From Candidatus Hydrothermarchaeum profundi (lineage in GTDB: Archaea; Hydrothermarchaeota; Hydrothermarchaeia; Hydrothermarchaeales; Hydrothermarchaeaceae), in contig MTMF02000009.1 in assembly GCA_002011125.2 (NCBI GenBank), forward strand, positions 482,995 through 546,994: DNA of 64,000 nucleotides, written 5' to 3'. The position numbers and the translations under genes were made by a program. Below are positions 35,298-45,612 of the stretch, piece after piece. Below the pieces are notes generated by a model that was given only the letters and a program-made list of their open reading frames with translations, was not told the DNA's origin and searched no databases. The first letter of the stretch is position 1. Each line of letters opens with the position of its first letter.

Positions 35298-35333
35298 AAA
35301 TGACAACCTAAATGACAACCTAAACGACAACCA
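35298..35333. repeat. 3 x 12-bp tandem repeat AAATGACAACCT
   Basis: Immediately after the Fic gene stop; third copy has 2 mismatches. Confidence 0.85.
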
Positions 35334-36371
35334 TCATTTAAGTTCATAATGGGCGCCTCTCCCGCTTCCTTTGAGTTCTATCACATCCATTTTGACGAGT
35401 TTTGATAGTTCCTTTAAGGCTGCCTGCCTGGTGATTTTAAACATATTTGCCACATTTCCTGCCGTTATCCTTCCGTTTCTCTGCATGAATTCTATTATTT
35501 TCATTTGTCTTTCGGTTAAAGCAATCTGTCCTTTTTCCTTTCTTTTTCTTCCTTCAACAGAGAGCTGTAGAACTTTTTCTTTAACCCTTGATATTGAAAT
35601 CTTTACTCCTTCTGTGAAATACTCAAGCCATGGGGTCAAATCAAGTGCGTTCTGATCAACCGATTTTAGAGCTTCATAATAGGCTCTTCTGTCACTGTCA
35701 TAATAATCATCCAGTGTAAAGAACCTTTTGATGTCAAATTCTCTTAGATAGAGAATAAGGGTGGCAAGTGCCCTTGCGGTTCTTCCATTTCCGTCTGCAA
35801 AGGGATGAACCCTCACGAATTCATAGTGGGAAATGCCAGCAACAATAACAGGATGAAGTTCAAGAGTTTCTTTGGAATTAAGCCATTTGATAAAGTTTTT
35901 CATCAATTCGGGGACTTCCTCTGACGGTGGAGGCATGAATATAACCTGGCCTGTAATTCTATTGCCAACATAGACCAGAATTTTTCTGTATTTTCCTTCC
36001 CATTCTGGATTATCAAGCGTGTCTTTTGTTATGTCTTTATGCAACTTTAAGATGTGTTCCTCTGTAATCTTTCCGTTTTTCTGATATTTTTCTATGTTTT
36101 CAAGCACTTTTAGATAATTCAGGACTTCCTGTTTTGCCCTTCTTGTCGCGGTTACCTTTCTTCCCTGTGCGAGGTTGCTTACTTCCTCAAGAGTTAATGG
36201 ATTTCCTTCAATGGCTGTGGATGCATGGGTTGCCCTGATTAGGGCTTCTCTTCTCAAAGATATCTCCCATTTAGGAATGAGATATGCATTCAGAATAACC
36301 TCTCTTGCCGAGGTAATTTCAACGAGGTTGTTGACTATGGCGTTCGTGTATCTGAAATTTGGCTTAAGCAT
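35334..36371 (-). CDS. Fic family protein with C-terminal HTH
   Basis: HPFADGNGRTAR catalytic motif; STAIEGN inhibitory-type motif. Confidence 0.95.
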   Translation of the reverse strand: MLKPNFRYTNAIVNNLVEITSAREVILNAYLIPKWEISLRREALIRATHASTAIEGNPLTLEEVSNLAQGRKVTATRRAKQEVLNYLKVLENIEKYQKNGKITEEHILKLHKDITKDTLDNPEWEGKYRKILVYVGNRITGQVIFMPPPSEEVPELMKNFIKWLNSKETLELHPVIVAGISHYEFVRVHPFADGNGRTARALATLILYLREFDIKRFFTLDDYYDSDRRAYYEALKSVDQNALDLTPWLEYFTEGVKISISRVKEKVLQLSVEGRKRKEKGQIALTERQMKIIEFMQRNGRITAGNVANMFKITRQAALKELSKLVKMDVIELKGSGRGAHYELK

Positions 36372-39300
36372 TTTCTCCCTCTATCACTTTAACCCAAGGG
36401 TGGGATTTTATCTTTTTAATAGTTTCCATTATCTCCCCATCCGCAGTTATCTCCTCATAGACCTTTTCAATGGCTGTCATCTTTTCTTCATCCGACCCCA
36501 ACTCTTCAATATCAATAAGATAGGGCTCCACCAGTTCGGCAAGATTGGTGGGCACGCCGTCTTCTTGGAATTTTTCTTTGAAGTATAATGAATAAATTAA
36601 AGAATCAAGTATTTTTCCAGAAAAAAAATCAATAATTTTAGAAACTTGATGAGCATTATTATTGAGAAAAATTAAGTAACTTGACAGTTTTAAAAATCCT
36701 GTAATTTTTTCGGGGATTATAATTGGAAGATCTTTTAGAAACGAAATTGGATATCTTAAAGAACCTTGTGGGATTCTAGCAGAATAGAATTTTTTCTTGT
36801 GAATCCAGTTAAATAATTTTGAATTCAACAACGTTAAAATATACTTATTTTTCTCGATGTCGTTTGTACTAAAAGAATGGACAGCAACTAATAAACCAAT
36901 GCCTTCAGTGTCAATAGCTGCAGTTAATTTTTTTGCAACCCCTCGAATTATTATTTTGTTTTTCTGTAAAAACAAATCTTTTGTGTCATCAGATAGAGGA
37001 GCACTCTCAATGGAGATATGCGGAAAATTGAAATTCTTTTTATAGATTTTTACATTTTTACCCCACAAAAATCCATAAGGTTTTATGTAGCTATTTGTTA
37101 CGATTTTGCAAGATTTTTTGTCAGTCTTTCCTTCGTGTATATAGGACTCCATATTCCAATATTCAAATCCCATGACCCCTGTTCGAACATCTCCGACCTG
37201 TCCCAATGGAACTGAATTAGAACTACTTGAGCTGAGTATTTCATTTACACTCTTATCACTGAAGACTTGGAAATGTCCACTGGCAGAATCAATTAATTCG
37301 CTTTTTTTGATAGATTTGCCTTTATTTTTATTTAAAGTTCCTAGTTCTTTTTCGGATTCAATTATGATAATTTTTACTTGATAGTCTCTTTCATTTTTTT
37401 CTTTTCTTAGGATCATTACAGCTGTCGAAACTAAAGCATCTTGGAAGATACTCTTTGCTTTTGAAAAATCAATTATTTCCCTGATAGTACAATTTTTTAA
37501 AAGAAAATCTCTTAACTTTTTCCCGTAATCTGCAACAAAATATTTGTTAGATGTAATATAACCCATAAGCCCCTTTTCGTTCAAAACATTGATTGATTTT
37601 TCAAAGAACAGAATGTAGATATCATACGGCCCGTATGCAGTAGAATAAATTTTATTAAATATCTTTTTTTCAGCAGGGATCTTTGAGGCTTTCACATATG
37701 GTGGATTCCCTATCAAAATATCGAAACCTCTTTCACCTTTTGGTCTATCAGGATCAAAAACTTCATAGAACTCAAAGCCCCAATGGAAGGGGTGGAGGGC
37801 CTCAAGCTCTTCTTTGGAGATTTTGATTTTGTAATCCACAGTAAGCATCCTGTGGAATTTTTCATTGAGCTCTGGTCTGAACTTCTCGTTAATCCGCTCG
37901 ATGTCCCTTTTCAAATTCTCGGCAATCTTCGGGTCAGTAGTGGCTTTGTATTGATCAAGAAGAGCCCCCTTTGCTTTTATTATTTGCATTGTCGTATCTG
38001 CAGAGTCCAGGGTCGTCTGTTCCACAAGGGGGGCTTCCACAAAGCCGATTAGACTGTTGCCGTGCATGATATTGTAATCGATGTTGGGGAGGGGTTCCAC
38101 GCTCTCGATACTCAGGTCAGAGATCATGGAAAGCCACAGCCTGAGCTTTGCGATTTCGACAGCCCCATCCTCTAAATCGACGCCGTAGATGTTTTGGGTG
38201 GCTATGATCCTCTTAAAATAATAATCTGGGGAACCATAACTATCAATGGCCTTGTTCTCGGCGGAAAAAACCAACTCGTCTTTAAGAATTCTATAGCACT
38301 TGCGATAGAGGGCAAGAAGTATCTTGTGGGCGGCCATGAGAAATGCTCCGCTCCCGCAGGCGTTATCCAGCACCCGGAGTTCTTTCAAAATATTGAAATA
38401 GAGATAGGAGACCCTGTCAATTTCATTTTTGGAGAATTCCTGCTTGTCCAGCAATTCGGACCAGATGTTCTTGTAATCTGTCCCAAACCTCTCGTTCAGC
38501 CTGTCCCGTAGATATGGATAGATGGTGTTCATGGATATGTATTCGGTTATTTCCGAGGGGGTATAATAGGCCCCCTTGCACTTCCTCCCTGTTACACTCT
38601 GCTCGAAAATGTGGCCGAGTATCGAGGGAGTCAGGACGACCGCATCCTCATGCCGTTCCTCAACGACCCACTCATAGGAGTCAAAGAGTCTGAAAATCTC
38701 TCCCCATATCCCGTCCTTTATCGATATCTCATTATCAATCTCAACCTCCTTCTTTCTAAAAAGACCTCCATTGAGATAGGGAATGTTTCCAAGATTTACT
38801 CCGTTCACTTCGATTTTTTCATGAAAAGGGTGGTCATAGTTGAAGGCATTGAAGAAGAGGGGTTTGAGGTAGTCGTTGAAGAAATTCCTTTTTTTGTCCC
38901 TGTTTCTATAGAGATTTGTTAAGTAATCCTTTTCTATAATCTCTCTGCTTTGGAGGAAATAGATGAAAATAATCCTATCAAGAAGCACTTGGGAATAAAA
39001 CCATCTCTCATCGTCATCCAGTCCCTTTAGCGAATCTGAAAGTCTGGTCTTTATAACCTTATATTCATCATAGAACTTCTTTACAAGGGGTTTGGTATCA
39101 AAAAGTGCCTGGAAACTGTCATTGTATGCTTTGTCTTCATATTTCAGGGCATTCAGCAACTGGAGCCTGCTCAGCTTTGTATAGTCCCTCTCCCTGCGGT
39201 TCTTGTCATAGACGAACTTGAAAGGAGTATGGTATTCAGAGAATATATAGTAAACGTCGAAGTCATTATCTATGAAAATGTAGTAGGGCGTCATATGGAC

Positions 39301-39480
39301 ACCCTTCTTTTCTCGAAATAATTGATAGGCGTGTGAGTAATTCAAATCATCAGTGAAATAATACTTGGCTTTATGCTCCCTGTCGATCCAGAAAGTCTCC
39401 TCATCAATGTATACAAAACCCTTATCATGGAAAAAATGCTCCTCAAAGTCTTCCCTCGAAGAGATGTCTTCAAACTTCAT
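36364..39480 (-). CDS. Eco57I/type IIG-like N6-adenine DNA methyltransferase with C-terminal TRD
   Basis: GAYYTP, LDNACGSGAF (motif I), IGNPPY (motif IV), YLNGGLF, TaqI_C-like LLNSKL. Confidence 0.92.
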   Translation of the reverse strand: MKFEDISSREDFEEHFFHDKGFVYIDEETFWIDREHKAKYYFTDDLNYSHAYQLFREKKGVHMTPYYIFIDNDFDVYYIFSEYHTPFKFVYDKNRRERDYTKLSRLQLLNALKYEDKAYNDSFQALFDTKPLVKKFYDEYKVIKTRLSDSLKGLDDDERWFYSQVLLDRIIFIYFLQSREIIEKDYLTNLYRNRDKKRNFFNDYLKPLFFNAFNYDHPFHEKIEVNGVNLGNIPYLNGGLFRKKEVEIDNEISIKDGIWGEIFRLFDSYEWVVEERHEDAVVLTPSILGHIFEQSVTGRKCKGAYYTPSEITEYISMNTIYPYLRDRLNERFGTDYKNIWSELLDKQEFSKNEIDRVSYLYFNILKELRVLDNACGSGAFLMAAHKILLALYRKCYRILKDELVFSAENKAIDSYGSPDYYFKRIIATQNIYGVDLEDGAVEIAKLRLWLSMISDLSIESVEPLPNIDYNIMHGNSLIGFVEAPLVEQTTLDSADTTMQIIKAKGALLDQYKATTDPKIAENLKRDIERINEKFRPELNEKFHRMLTVDYKIKISKEELEALHPFHWGFEFYEVFDPDRPKGERGFDILIGNPPYVKASKIPAEKKIFNKIYSTAYGPYDIYILFFEKSINVLNEKGLMGYITSNKYFVADYGKKLRDFLLKNCTIREIIDFSKAKSIFQDALVSTAVMILRKEKNERDYQVKIIIIESEKELGTLNKNKGKSIKKSELIDSASGHFQVFSDKSVNEILSSSSSNSVPLGQVGDVRTGVMGFEYWNMESYIHEGKTDKKSCKIVTNSYIKPYGFLWGKNVKIYKKNFNFPHISIESAPLSDDTKDLFLQKNKIIIRGVAKKLTAAIDTEGIGLLVAVHSFSTNDIEKNKYILTLLNSKLFNWIHKKKFYSARIPQGSLRYPISFLKDLPIIIPEKITGFLKLSSYLIFLNNNAHQVSKIIDFFSGKILDSLIYSLYFKEKFQEDGVPTNLAELVEPYLIDIEELGSDEEKMTAIEKVYEEITADGEIMETIKKIKSHPWVKVIEGENA

Positions 39481-42400
39481 TCTAAGGCCTCACTGCAAAC
39501 GATGTAGGTAAGGGGATCCTCTTTCTCCTCAATCTCCTCAACCATTCTCGCAAGATTGTGGTCATAATACAATATCTCAAGTTTCTTCATCAACTCTTCC
39601 CCCTTAATCTCGTTGTTTTTAATCAATGTTAACTGTTTGTTCAACGGCTTTGATGGAATCTCTGTGGTGAAGACCCTTTCAAACTCTACGATCTTCGATA
39701 TTAGGTCTTCCTTCTCTTTCGCATCTTCGAATTCTGATACCTCGACCTCTTTTCGAAACTCGTTTAGGGCTTTTTTGATATACCTCTGGCCGGTAGTGAG
39801 CTTCACTTTCTCCCCGGCATCTTCGGCCTCTTTAACCATCTGGGAAAACTTCTTCTTCATATCAGAAACCGTCTTGTTATATCCTGGCGGAATCTTGAGC
39901 ACCGGCTCATCCTTATTACATTTTATGATTTTGAGAATCTTAGCCTCATCTTCAAAGACGATATTACCCTTCGGGTCCAGTAAGTATAGCCTCTTGTAGT
40001 TGCCTTTCTTCAAAAACACAAACCGATACTTGTTCCCATCTGGTGATTGTCTGGCGCTCCTGACCCCCATGGAGATATTTTTAATCCTTTCAAGGAGTTC
40101 AGGCTCTTCTTTCTGGAGTTTTCTGATGATATCCTCTGCCTCAGATACCTTTACTTTCTCATCCTCTTCTTCAAACCGGTCAAGCTCTTCTGGGTTCTCG
40201 TCATATATTGCATACATGGCTTCGGTGTTCAACATTTCCCTAGTATGGAGGATGTACGTATCCTCGCCGATGGCAGTATGTATCTCTTTTATTCTAATAT
40301 CGAGTTTTTCCTTAAGCTTCAGGTTCTTCTCAAGCTTTTTCTCAGGGAGAAAATTGTAAACTCTGATAACCTCGGCCTCTGTTCCGATCCGATCCACCCT
40401 GCCAATCCTCTGAATCAGTCTGACTGGGTTCCAGTGAAGGTCGTAGTTAATAACATCAGAGCAGTCCTGTAGATTTAAGCCTTCTGAGAGGACATCTGTT
40501 GATATTAGGATATCTATCTCTTCCTCTCCATTTTCAAACGTATATTGATTAGAGCGTGGAGCGAACCGTCCAACAACCTTATGCCGGTCTTTAGTATTAC
40601 CGGTTATGACCTCCATGTTCCTCTTGAAGTGACCTTTAAGTTCTTCATAGATATAATTGGCTGTGTCCACGAATTCTGTAAAAACAAGAACCTTCTTTCC
40701 CTTGAGTTCCGGGGATTTTAATTTAGTCATTAGTTCGCGAAGTTTTGTATCAGTCCATAGCCCGGGAATATCCTTTACAAGACCGAATATCTCCTCCAAA
40801 ATCCTCAGGTCTGAACTGATATCGGCTTCAAGAGCCGGGACATCAAAATCTTTTATGTCATATTTCTCTGACAGGCCTTCAATATTCTGCAAAATCTCAG
40901 CAAGGTCCTCATCTTCCTCAATTTGCGAGTCATAGATGACCTTCTGGACCTCTTCCCCAGCAGGTACATATCCTTTTTTTAATGCTTCAAGAAAAATTGT
41001 ATTGATTTTTATAAAGTTCTCAATGCTTCTTTTGAAGGCAAAGCTTGAGCTCTCAAACCTTTTGAAGAGACCTGATCTCACAAGTCCCTTGAGATTCTGT
41101 CCTGCACTTTTCAGTTCGAGATAAGGATGTTTATTCTGTTTGGCTGGCAATACGTAATCATAAAGGCCGTATCTTGCAAGAGTTAGCCTAGATAACGACT
41201 CGTAAACCCTGTCGTAGATGCCTTCATAAACCTCGTCTATACTGTAACTCAAGGTCTTCAAGTCCCTCTCGGGGAAATAGTTTCTTTTCTTGCCGATTCT
41301 AACATAATACTTTCCGTTATTATCCTTTTTTCCATAATATTTTATGATCTGCTTTCTCGTCCTTCTGACAAGGAGATGGCTCAAGATGCTTGAAAGAGCG
41401 GCTTCACCGTTTTCAACAGTCTTGAAGAACTCTTTGAGGTTTGCCGGGGCCACGGGAATTTTAGTCCTGTCCTTTGCATGAAAGAGCTTAATCTGATAGT
41501 AAATATCTAGTGGCGTATTGTTTAGAGGGGTTGCTGTTAAAAGAACCGTCTTTCTCCTTGATGTGAAGGGCTGGAGCAGTTCATATCTCTTGGTGTTGGG
41601 GTATCTGAAATTGTGACTCTCATCGATTAGGACAATATCACAGTTCTCGTATCTCTTAAGTAGGTTCTTATTTCTATCACTCAGCATGCTCATGGACAAA
41701 ACCTTGGCTCCGAGTTCGTATTTCTCGTTGGATTCTTCCCACATATCCACAAGCGACTTGGGACAGATTATCAGCGGTTTATAACCATAAACATCGGCGA
41801 AATATTTGAGGACACCTGAGCCGATATAGGTCTTTCCCAACCCAACAACATCAGAAATAAAGGCACCATTGTACTGTTTGATTATGGATATTGCAGTTTT
41901 AACAGCCACTTCCTGAAAGTTGGTGAGAGTCGGCAGAGTGTCCTTCCAGAACAGCTTGATATCCTTTTCCTCCTCAAGCCGGTCTTCCACCAAATGGTAG
42001 AGGGTTTTGAGATATAGTTCGTATGGCGTGACTTCAGCTATGGGCCAGGAGACTTTTAACAGTTCCATTAAGCTTTCATCAAAATTTTCTGAGTTTTTCC
42101 ATAAATCCATGAACCATTTTGTCAAATCTTCATGGTCTCTTTCGTCTCGTGTTTTGATATTGAGTTCCGTATTGTGATACATCCCTGCCATTGACAGATT
42201 GCTTGATCCGATGATTGCCATACCCGGGCCATATTGGGCTCGAAGATCTGGCGGATAGTCGAAAATATATGCCTTGCTGTGAAGCCTCCCCCGCGTATAA
42301 ACTCTCACCCGGATTTTCTCTTTGGAAATCAACTCAGCAAGGTTATACATCCACCCCTCATTTTCATCGGTTTGATCCATCCCTTCGAGAGTAGATTTAA

Positions 42401-42719
42401 CTCGTTGCTTAGTATCGTCCAATTTTTGTTTTTTCTTCCCAAATTCAATTTTTTTATTTGCAGACTTTACACGTTCGAGATGGTTATATCCTTCTGCCAA
42501 CTGTTCTATTGTTTCTCTATCCGATGTGTTACCTATCAAAAGCCGGAGCTTTTTGAATCCTTCCCTATTCAATTCCCTCTGAATGCCACTAAATCCGCTG
42601 AGAAAGAAGTAGCCAATTGCGAATTTTGCTTCTACACTCCCATCAAGGGCTTTCTTTACATTATAAAGGAGTTGCCTTTCGATGACATCTTTATTGTTAT
42701 CTATTATATTGGATGCCAT
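39477..42719 (-). CDS. PLD-nuclease / SNF2-family helicase fusion
   Basis: HSKAYIFD...GSSNLS (HKD), DVVGLGKT, DESH, LTATP, SEGLNLQ, WNPVRLIQRIGRVDR. Confidence 0.92.
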   Translation of the reverse strand: MASNIIDNNKDVIERQLLYNVKKALDGSVEAKFAIGYFFLSGFSGIQRELNREGFKKLRLLIGNTSDRETIEQLAEGYNHLERVKSANKKIEFGKKKQKLDDTKQRVKSTLEGMDQTDENEGWMYNLAELISKEKIRVRVYTRGRLHSKAYIFDYPPDLRAQYGPGMAIIGSSNLSMAGMYHNTELNIKTRDERDHEDLTKWFMDLWKNSENFDESLMELLKVSWPIAEVTPYELYLKTLYHLVEDRLEEEKDIKLFWKDTLPTLTNFQEVAVKTAISIIKQYNGAFISDVVGLGKTYIGSGVLKYFADVYGYKPLIICPKSLVDMWEESNEKYELGAKVLSMSMLSDRNKNLLKRYENCDIVLIDESHNFRYPNTKRYELLQPFTSRRKTVLLTATPLNNTPLDIYYQIKLFHAKDRTKIPVAPANLKEFFKTVENGEAALSSILSHLLVRRTRKQIIKYYGKKDNNGKYYVRIGKKRNYFPERDLKTLSYSIDEVYEGIYDRVYESLSRLTLARYGLYDYVLPAKQNKHPYLELKSAGQNLKGLVRSGLFKRFESSSFAFKRSIENFIKINTIFLEALKKGYVPAGEEVQKVIYDSQIEEDEDLAEILQNIEGLSEKYDIKDFDVPALEADISSDLRILEEIFGLVKDIPGLWTDTKLRELMTKLKSPELKGKKVLVFTEFVDTANYIYEELKGHFKRNMEVITGNTKDRHKVVGRFAPRSNQYTFENGEEEIDILISTDVLSEGLNLQDCSDVINYDLHWNPVRLIQRIGRVDRIGTEAEVIRVYNFLPEKKLEKNLKLKEKLDIRIKEIHTAIGEDTYILHTREMLNTEAMYAIYDENPEELDRFEEEDEKVKVSEAEDIIRKLQKEEPELLERIKNISMGVRSARQSPDGNKYRFVFLKKGNYKRLYLLDPKGNIVFEDEAKILKIIKCNKDEPVLKIPPGYNKTVSDMKKKFSQMVKEAEDAGEKVKLTTGQRYIKKALNEFRKEVEVSEFEDAKEKEDLISKIVEFERVFTTEIPSKPLNKQLTLIKNNEIKGEELMKKLEILYYDHNLARMVEEIEEKEDPLTYIVCSEALE

Positions 42720-43086
42720 CTCTTCTCCTCCTCAACCACACTTGCGTAATTGTCGATGATCCTTTCTGCCGGGTTCATATTCATCCCCCATATATGGGTC
42801 TTATTTTATGTCCCTTTCCCAAGGATGCGCAAGAAAGGTGTTCGGTTAAAATTAGGTGGGTTTAGTATAAAAAATATCCGAAAACCAAAATTAGGATTTA
42901 CTAGTAGAGCTCCGCCGAAACATCGCCCCGGCGTACGTCTACTCTAACTTTATATACATAGTCTGTCTGAAAATATGCGTTAATGAGAGAGGAATAAGTT
43001 AATAGTATTTCCTCTGCGACTCGCTGAAGAAGCTGTGTAAAATAGATAAAATTTTATTTCGGTAAAAATCTTTCTAAACTTAATAA

Positions 43087-43172
43087 GCGGGGGTGCCCGA
43101 GATTGGTCAAAGGGGACAGGCTTAGGACCTGTTAGCTTAGTGCTTGCGAGGGTTCGAATCCCTTCCCCCGCA
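43087..43172 (+). tRNA. tRNA-Leu(TAG)
   Basis: GCGGGGG...CCCCCGCA; ACAGG-CT-TAG-GA-CCTGT; long variable arm. Confidence 0.96.
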
Positions 43173-43363
43173 TTTAATATTTTTTCTTGTACAAATTTAA
43201 TGCTTTTTATCTGTTTTACCGGTAAAAAACTGCATTATCATTCAACATCGAAAAACCCATTATTCGAAGGAATGAGGGACTCTAAAAAGTCCGTAGCCAT
43301 TCCATTATTGTTTTCTTACGAAGAGTGAAACTTTAATAGAATGCGCATCCAACTTAAAAAGGA

Positions 43364-43705
43364 ATGTTTGAAATTTTAAAAATAGATAAAATTAAGAGAG
43401 GAAGGATTTATTCTTTGAAAGTCGGGGAGAGGGAAATAAGGATTCTCCTCACATTTCATGCAGTTGAACGGGCGAGGGTCTGGAATTTAAAAGATAAACA
43501 TGTGCTGTCTGCTATTTTATACCCGGAAGAAGTGTTAGAGGGACATCGCCGCAGATTCATCGCCCACAAGAGGAGAGGAAGACATTTAATAAGAGCAGTT
43601 TATGAGTATGATAAAATGTTGCCCGTCGTTATAACAGTGTATTATCCGTATAAAGAGAGATATTTCAAAGGAGGCAAGACTTTTGCAGATAAGATACTCC
43701 CCTGA
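43364..43705 (+). CDS. DUF4258-like putative toxin
   Basis: LTFHAVER...LIRAVYE...VITVY; coupled to a DUF2283-like gene. Confidence 0.75.
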   Translation: MFEILKIDKIKRGRIYSLKVGEREIRILLTFHAVERARVWNLKDKHVLSAILYPEEVLEGHRRRFIAHKRRGRHLIRAVYEYDKMLPVVITVYYPYKERYFKGGKTFADKILP

Positions 43706-43895
43706 TGCAGACGTTCTAATAATCAAGCTGAGAGAAGGCAAACCCATGGATTCAAGGGATGTCGCAGAGGGCATCATCGCCCATTATTCGAAGGATAAAA
43801 AAATCCTAGAGATAGAGATCTTGGATGCTTCCAAGGTTGTTCAGCTTAAGGACTTAAGCCTTTCGATAAAGGGGCTAGAAGCTGTTAAGGCTTAA
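43683..43895 (+). CDS. DUF2283-like putative antitoxin
   Basis: IRYSPDADVLII...EIEILDASK. Confidence 0.85.
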   Translation: MQIRYSPDADVLIIKLREGKPMDSRDVAEGIIAHYSKDKKILEIEILDASKVVQLKDLSLSIKGLEAVKA

Positions 43896-43999
43896 AAAGA
43901 ACCTTACCAGCAAATTCGTACTGGGATTCCTCCCCCCTACCTCCCCTACACTTATTTTAACATCTAGGAAACAGGGCATTTCTATCTAGAGTTTGGTTA

Positions 44000-44253
44000 T
44001 TAAGTATGTGAAGTTTACGGAGCGATAGCGGAGTTAGATGGCTTTGTCTGCAAGATAGAGGATGAAATATTAGAATAGGGTCAAAATAATTAAAGTTCTA
44101 GAAGTTTGCATGTTTATTTCATTGATAATGGAACAATCAGAAAGGGAAATGATGTCTTCACATTAATTGAAAGACCTAGAGAAGCCAGAAGTGCTGTCAT
44201 TGAGGTAATATAGAAGAAACAGGTGAGACGCTGTTCTCTGAGAGATGCATAAG
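44000..44253 (+). pseudogene. Gene remnant ending in a copy of the 3' end of ORF 54843-56255
   Basis: 44213-44247 identical to 56214-56248; frameshifted reading ...AVIEVI/EETGETLFSERC. Left boundary approximate. Confidence 0.5.
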
Positions 44254-44282
44254 AATGAGAAATATATCAGGGGAGTTATAAT

Positions 44283-44726
44283 TTATATCTCCTTCACGAA
44301 GTGGGTGCCCAAGCGTGAGAGTTCTGCAATGAGGTAAGGGAATTCGTAGACCTTTTCGCGCCTGAAGCCCATCTTTTCCATAGTTCTCATGGAGGCTATA
44401 TTGCCTTTTCTGACGAAGGCGATTATCCTCTTTACTCCCATTTCTTTAAGGACTTTTTCCGTCTCCTCCATCAACATTGTGCCAATTCCTTTCCTCCTGT
44501 AGCTTTTCAAAACTCCGATAGCAATAAGCTCTGCTGTTCTGCTCCCTTGGGAAATACGGCAGTAGGTGAAACCAACCTGTTTATCTTCATCCTTCGCAAA
44601 CAGTATCAGTCTTCTGGAAGATATTATGAAGAGGAGGTTTGCTGTAATGAGCCACCCACAGGTTCTATAGCATAGTTTAATGGCCATTAAGACCTCGTCC
44701 GACTTTTCGATCCGTATCTCAGCCAT
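44283..44726 (-). CDS. GNAT family acetyltransferase
   Basis: IGVLKSYRRKGIGT...N..S...EKMGF. Confidence 0.88.
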   Translation of the reverse strand: MAEIRIEKSDEVLMAIKLCYRTCGWLITANLLFIISSRRLILFAKDEDKQVGFTYCRISQGSRTAELIAIGVLKSYRRKGIGTMLMEETEKVLKEMGVKRIIAFVRKGNIASMRTMEKMGFRREKVYEFPYLIAELSRLGTHFVKEI

Positions 44727-44730
44727 TTTT

Positions 44731-45402
44731 CTATTTTACCTCCAAATAAGCTGCCAAAAGTAAAAGCAATTGTATGAATATTACCTTCCTTAAGGTTTCT
44801 CCCCCTACTATTCTCTCTTGTAACTCCCTAGTGAAGCCTTCAAAATCTTCCTTAAATAACGTGACTTTTAGGTCACGAGCTATGTTGAGAGCTATTACAA
44901 CACTTGCAACCATAGCTGGGAACTCAATGAGTCCATGAGGCATCAAAGAGCTGAGAAAATATCTGATGGGATAATGGGTCAAGAGGAGTCCCATAACAAC
45001 CCCATTAACCCCGATAGCAAAGAGAGGCACAAAGTTCAGGAAAAAATAGCACGACCGGAAGAAGGGACTAAAGTCTTTGAAAGGTGGATGAAGGGCCTCA
45101 GCCACCTTATAGAGGGGCTTGGTTAAGGTCTTTAGTAAACCGTAGGTTTCCTCCGGTAAAACTGTGTATACTTTCACCTCAATCAAGACGAAAAGAATCC
45201 CCAAATAAATGATAGTGAGGGAGGCGAGAGAGTTCTTCAAGAATATCTGGAAGAAAGGATTTCCGCCTGAAACAGGTGCAAAGAGACTTGGAAGTGATGA
45301 AATCTTCTCCATGGCAGCATCAGAATAGCTAGGAACAAGTCCAAAAAGGAGTCCGATAGTAAACAGGTAGAGCCAAACTAAAAGAGTGAGCTGTAAGGCC
45401 AT
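44731..45402 (-). CDS. SpoIIM (DUF95) family membrane protein
   Basis: IFLKNS, VNG, LMPHGLIEFPA, LAAYLE. Confidence 0.85.
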   Translation of the reverse strand: MALQLTLLVWLYLFTIGLLFGLVPSYSDAAMEKISSLPSLFAPVSGGNPFFQIFLKNSLASLTIIYLGILFVLIEVKVYTVLPEETYGLLKTLTKPLYKVAEALHPPFKDFSPFFRSCYFFLNFVPLFAIGVNGVVMGLLLTHYPIRYFLSSLMPHGLIEFPAMVASVVIALNIARDLKVTLFKEDFEGFTRELQERIVGGETLRKVIFIQLLLLLAAYLEVK

Positions 45403-45612
45403 GTAGAAATTATATTAAGGAAATATTTATAGATTTTATTTGGTTTTCTTTTTACAACAAATAATTTTCCAGATAAGGCTTTCTTCTTCCTTGATTAAGA
45501 TGATTAATAAGACTAAATAGTATCTTCTAGTGAATTTAGGATTCAATGTTCAATATAGTAAATTGTGCATTATTTTTTTTAAGTTTGATAAAGAAGATAA
45601 TGTAGTAGCCCT

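Noticed and set aside
42750-43328. ORFs 42750-42947 and 43140-43328
   Set aside because: Intergenic or tRNA-overlapping; no recognisable protein signal.
43921-43962. Possible decayed tRNA-Leu 3'-end copy (GGATTCCTCCCCCC...)
   Set aside because: The position fits, but similarity is low-complexity and too weak to call.
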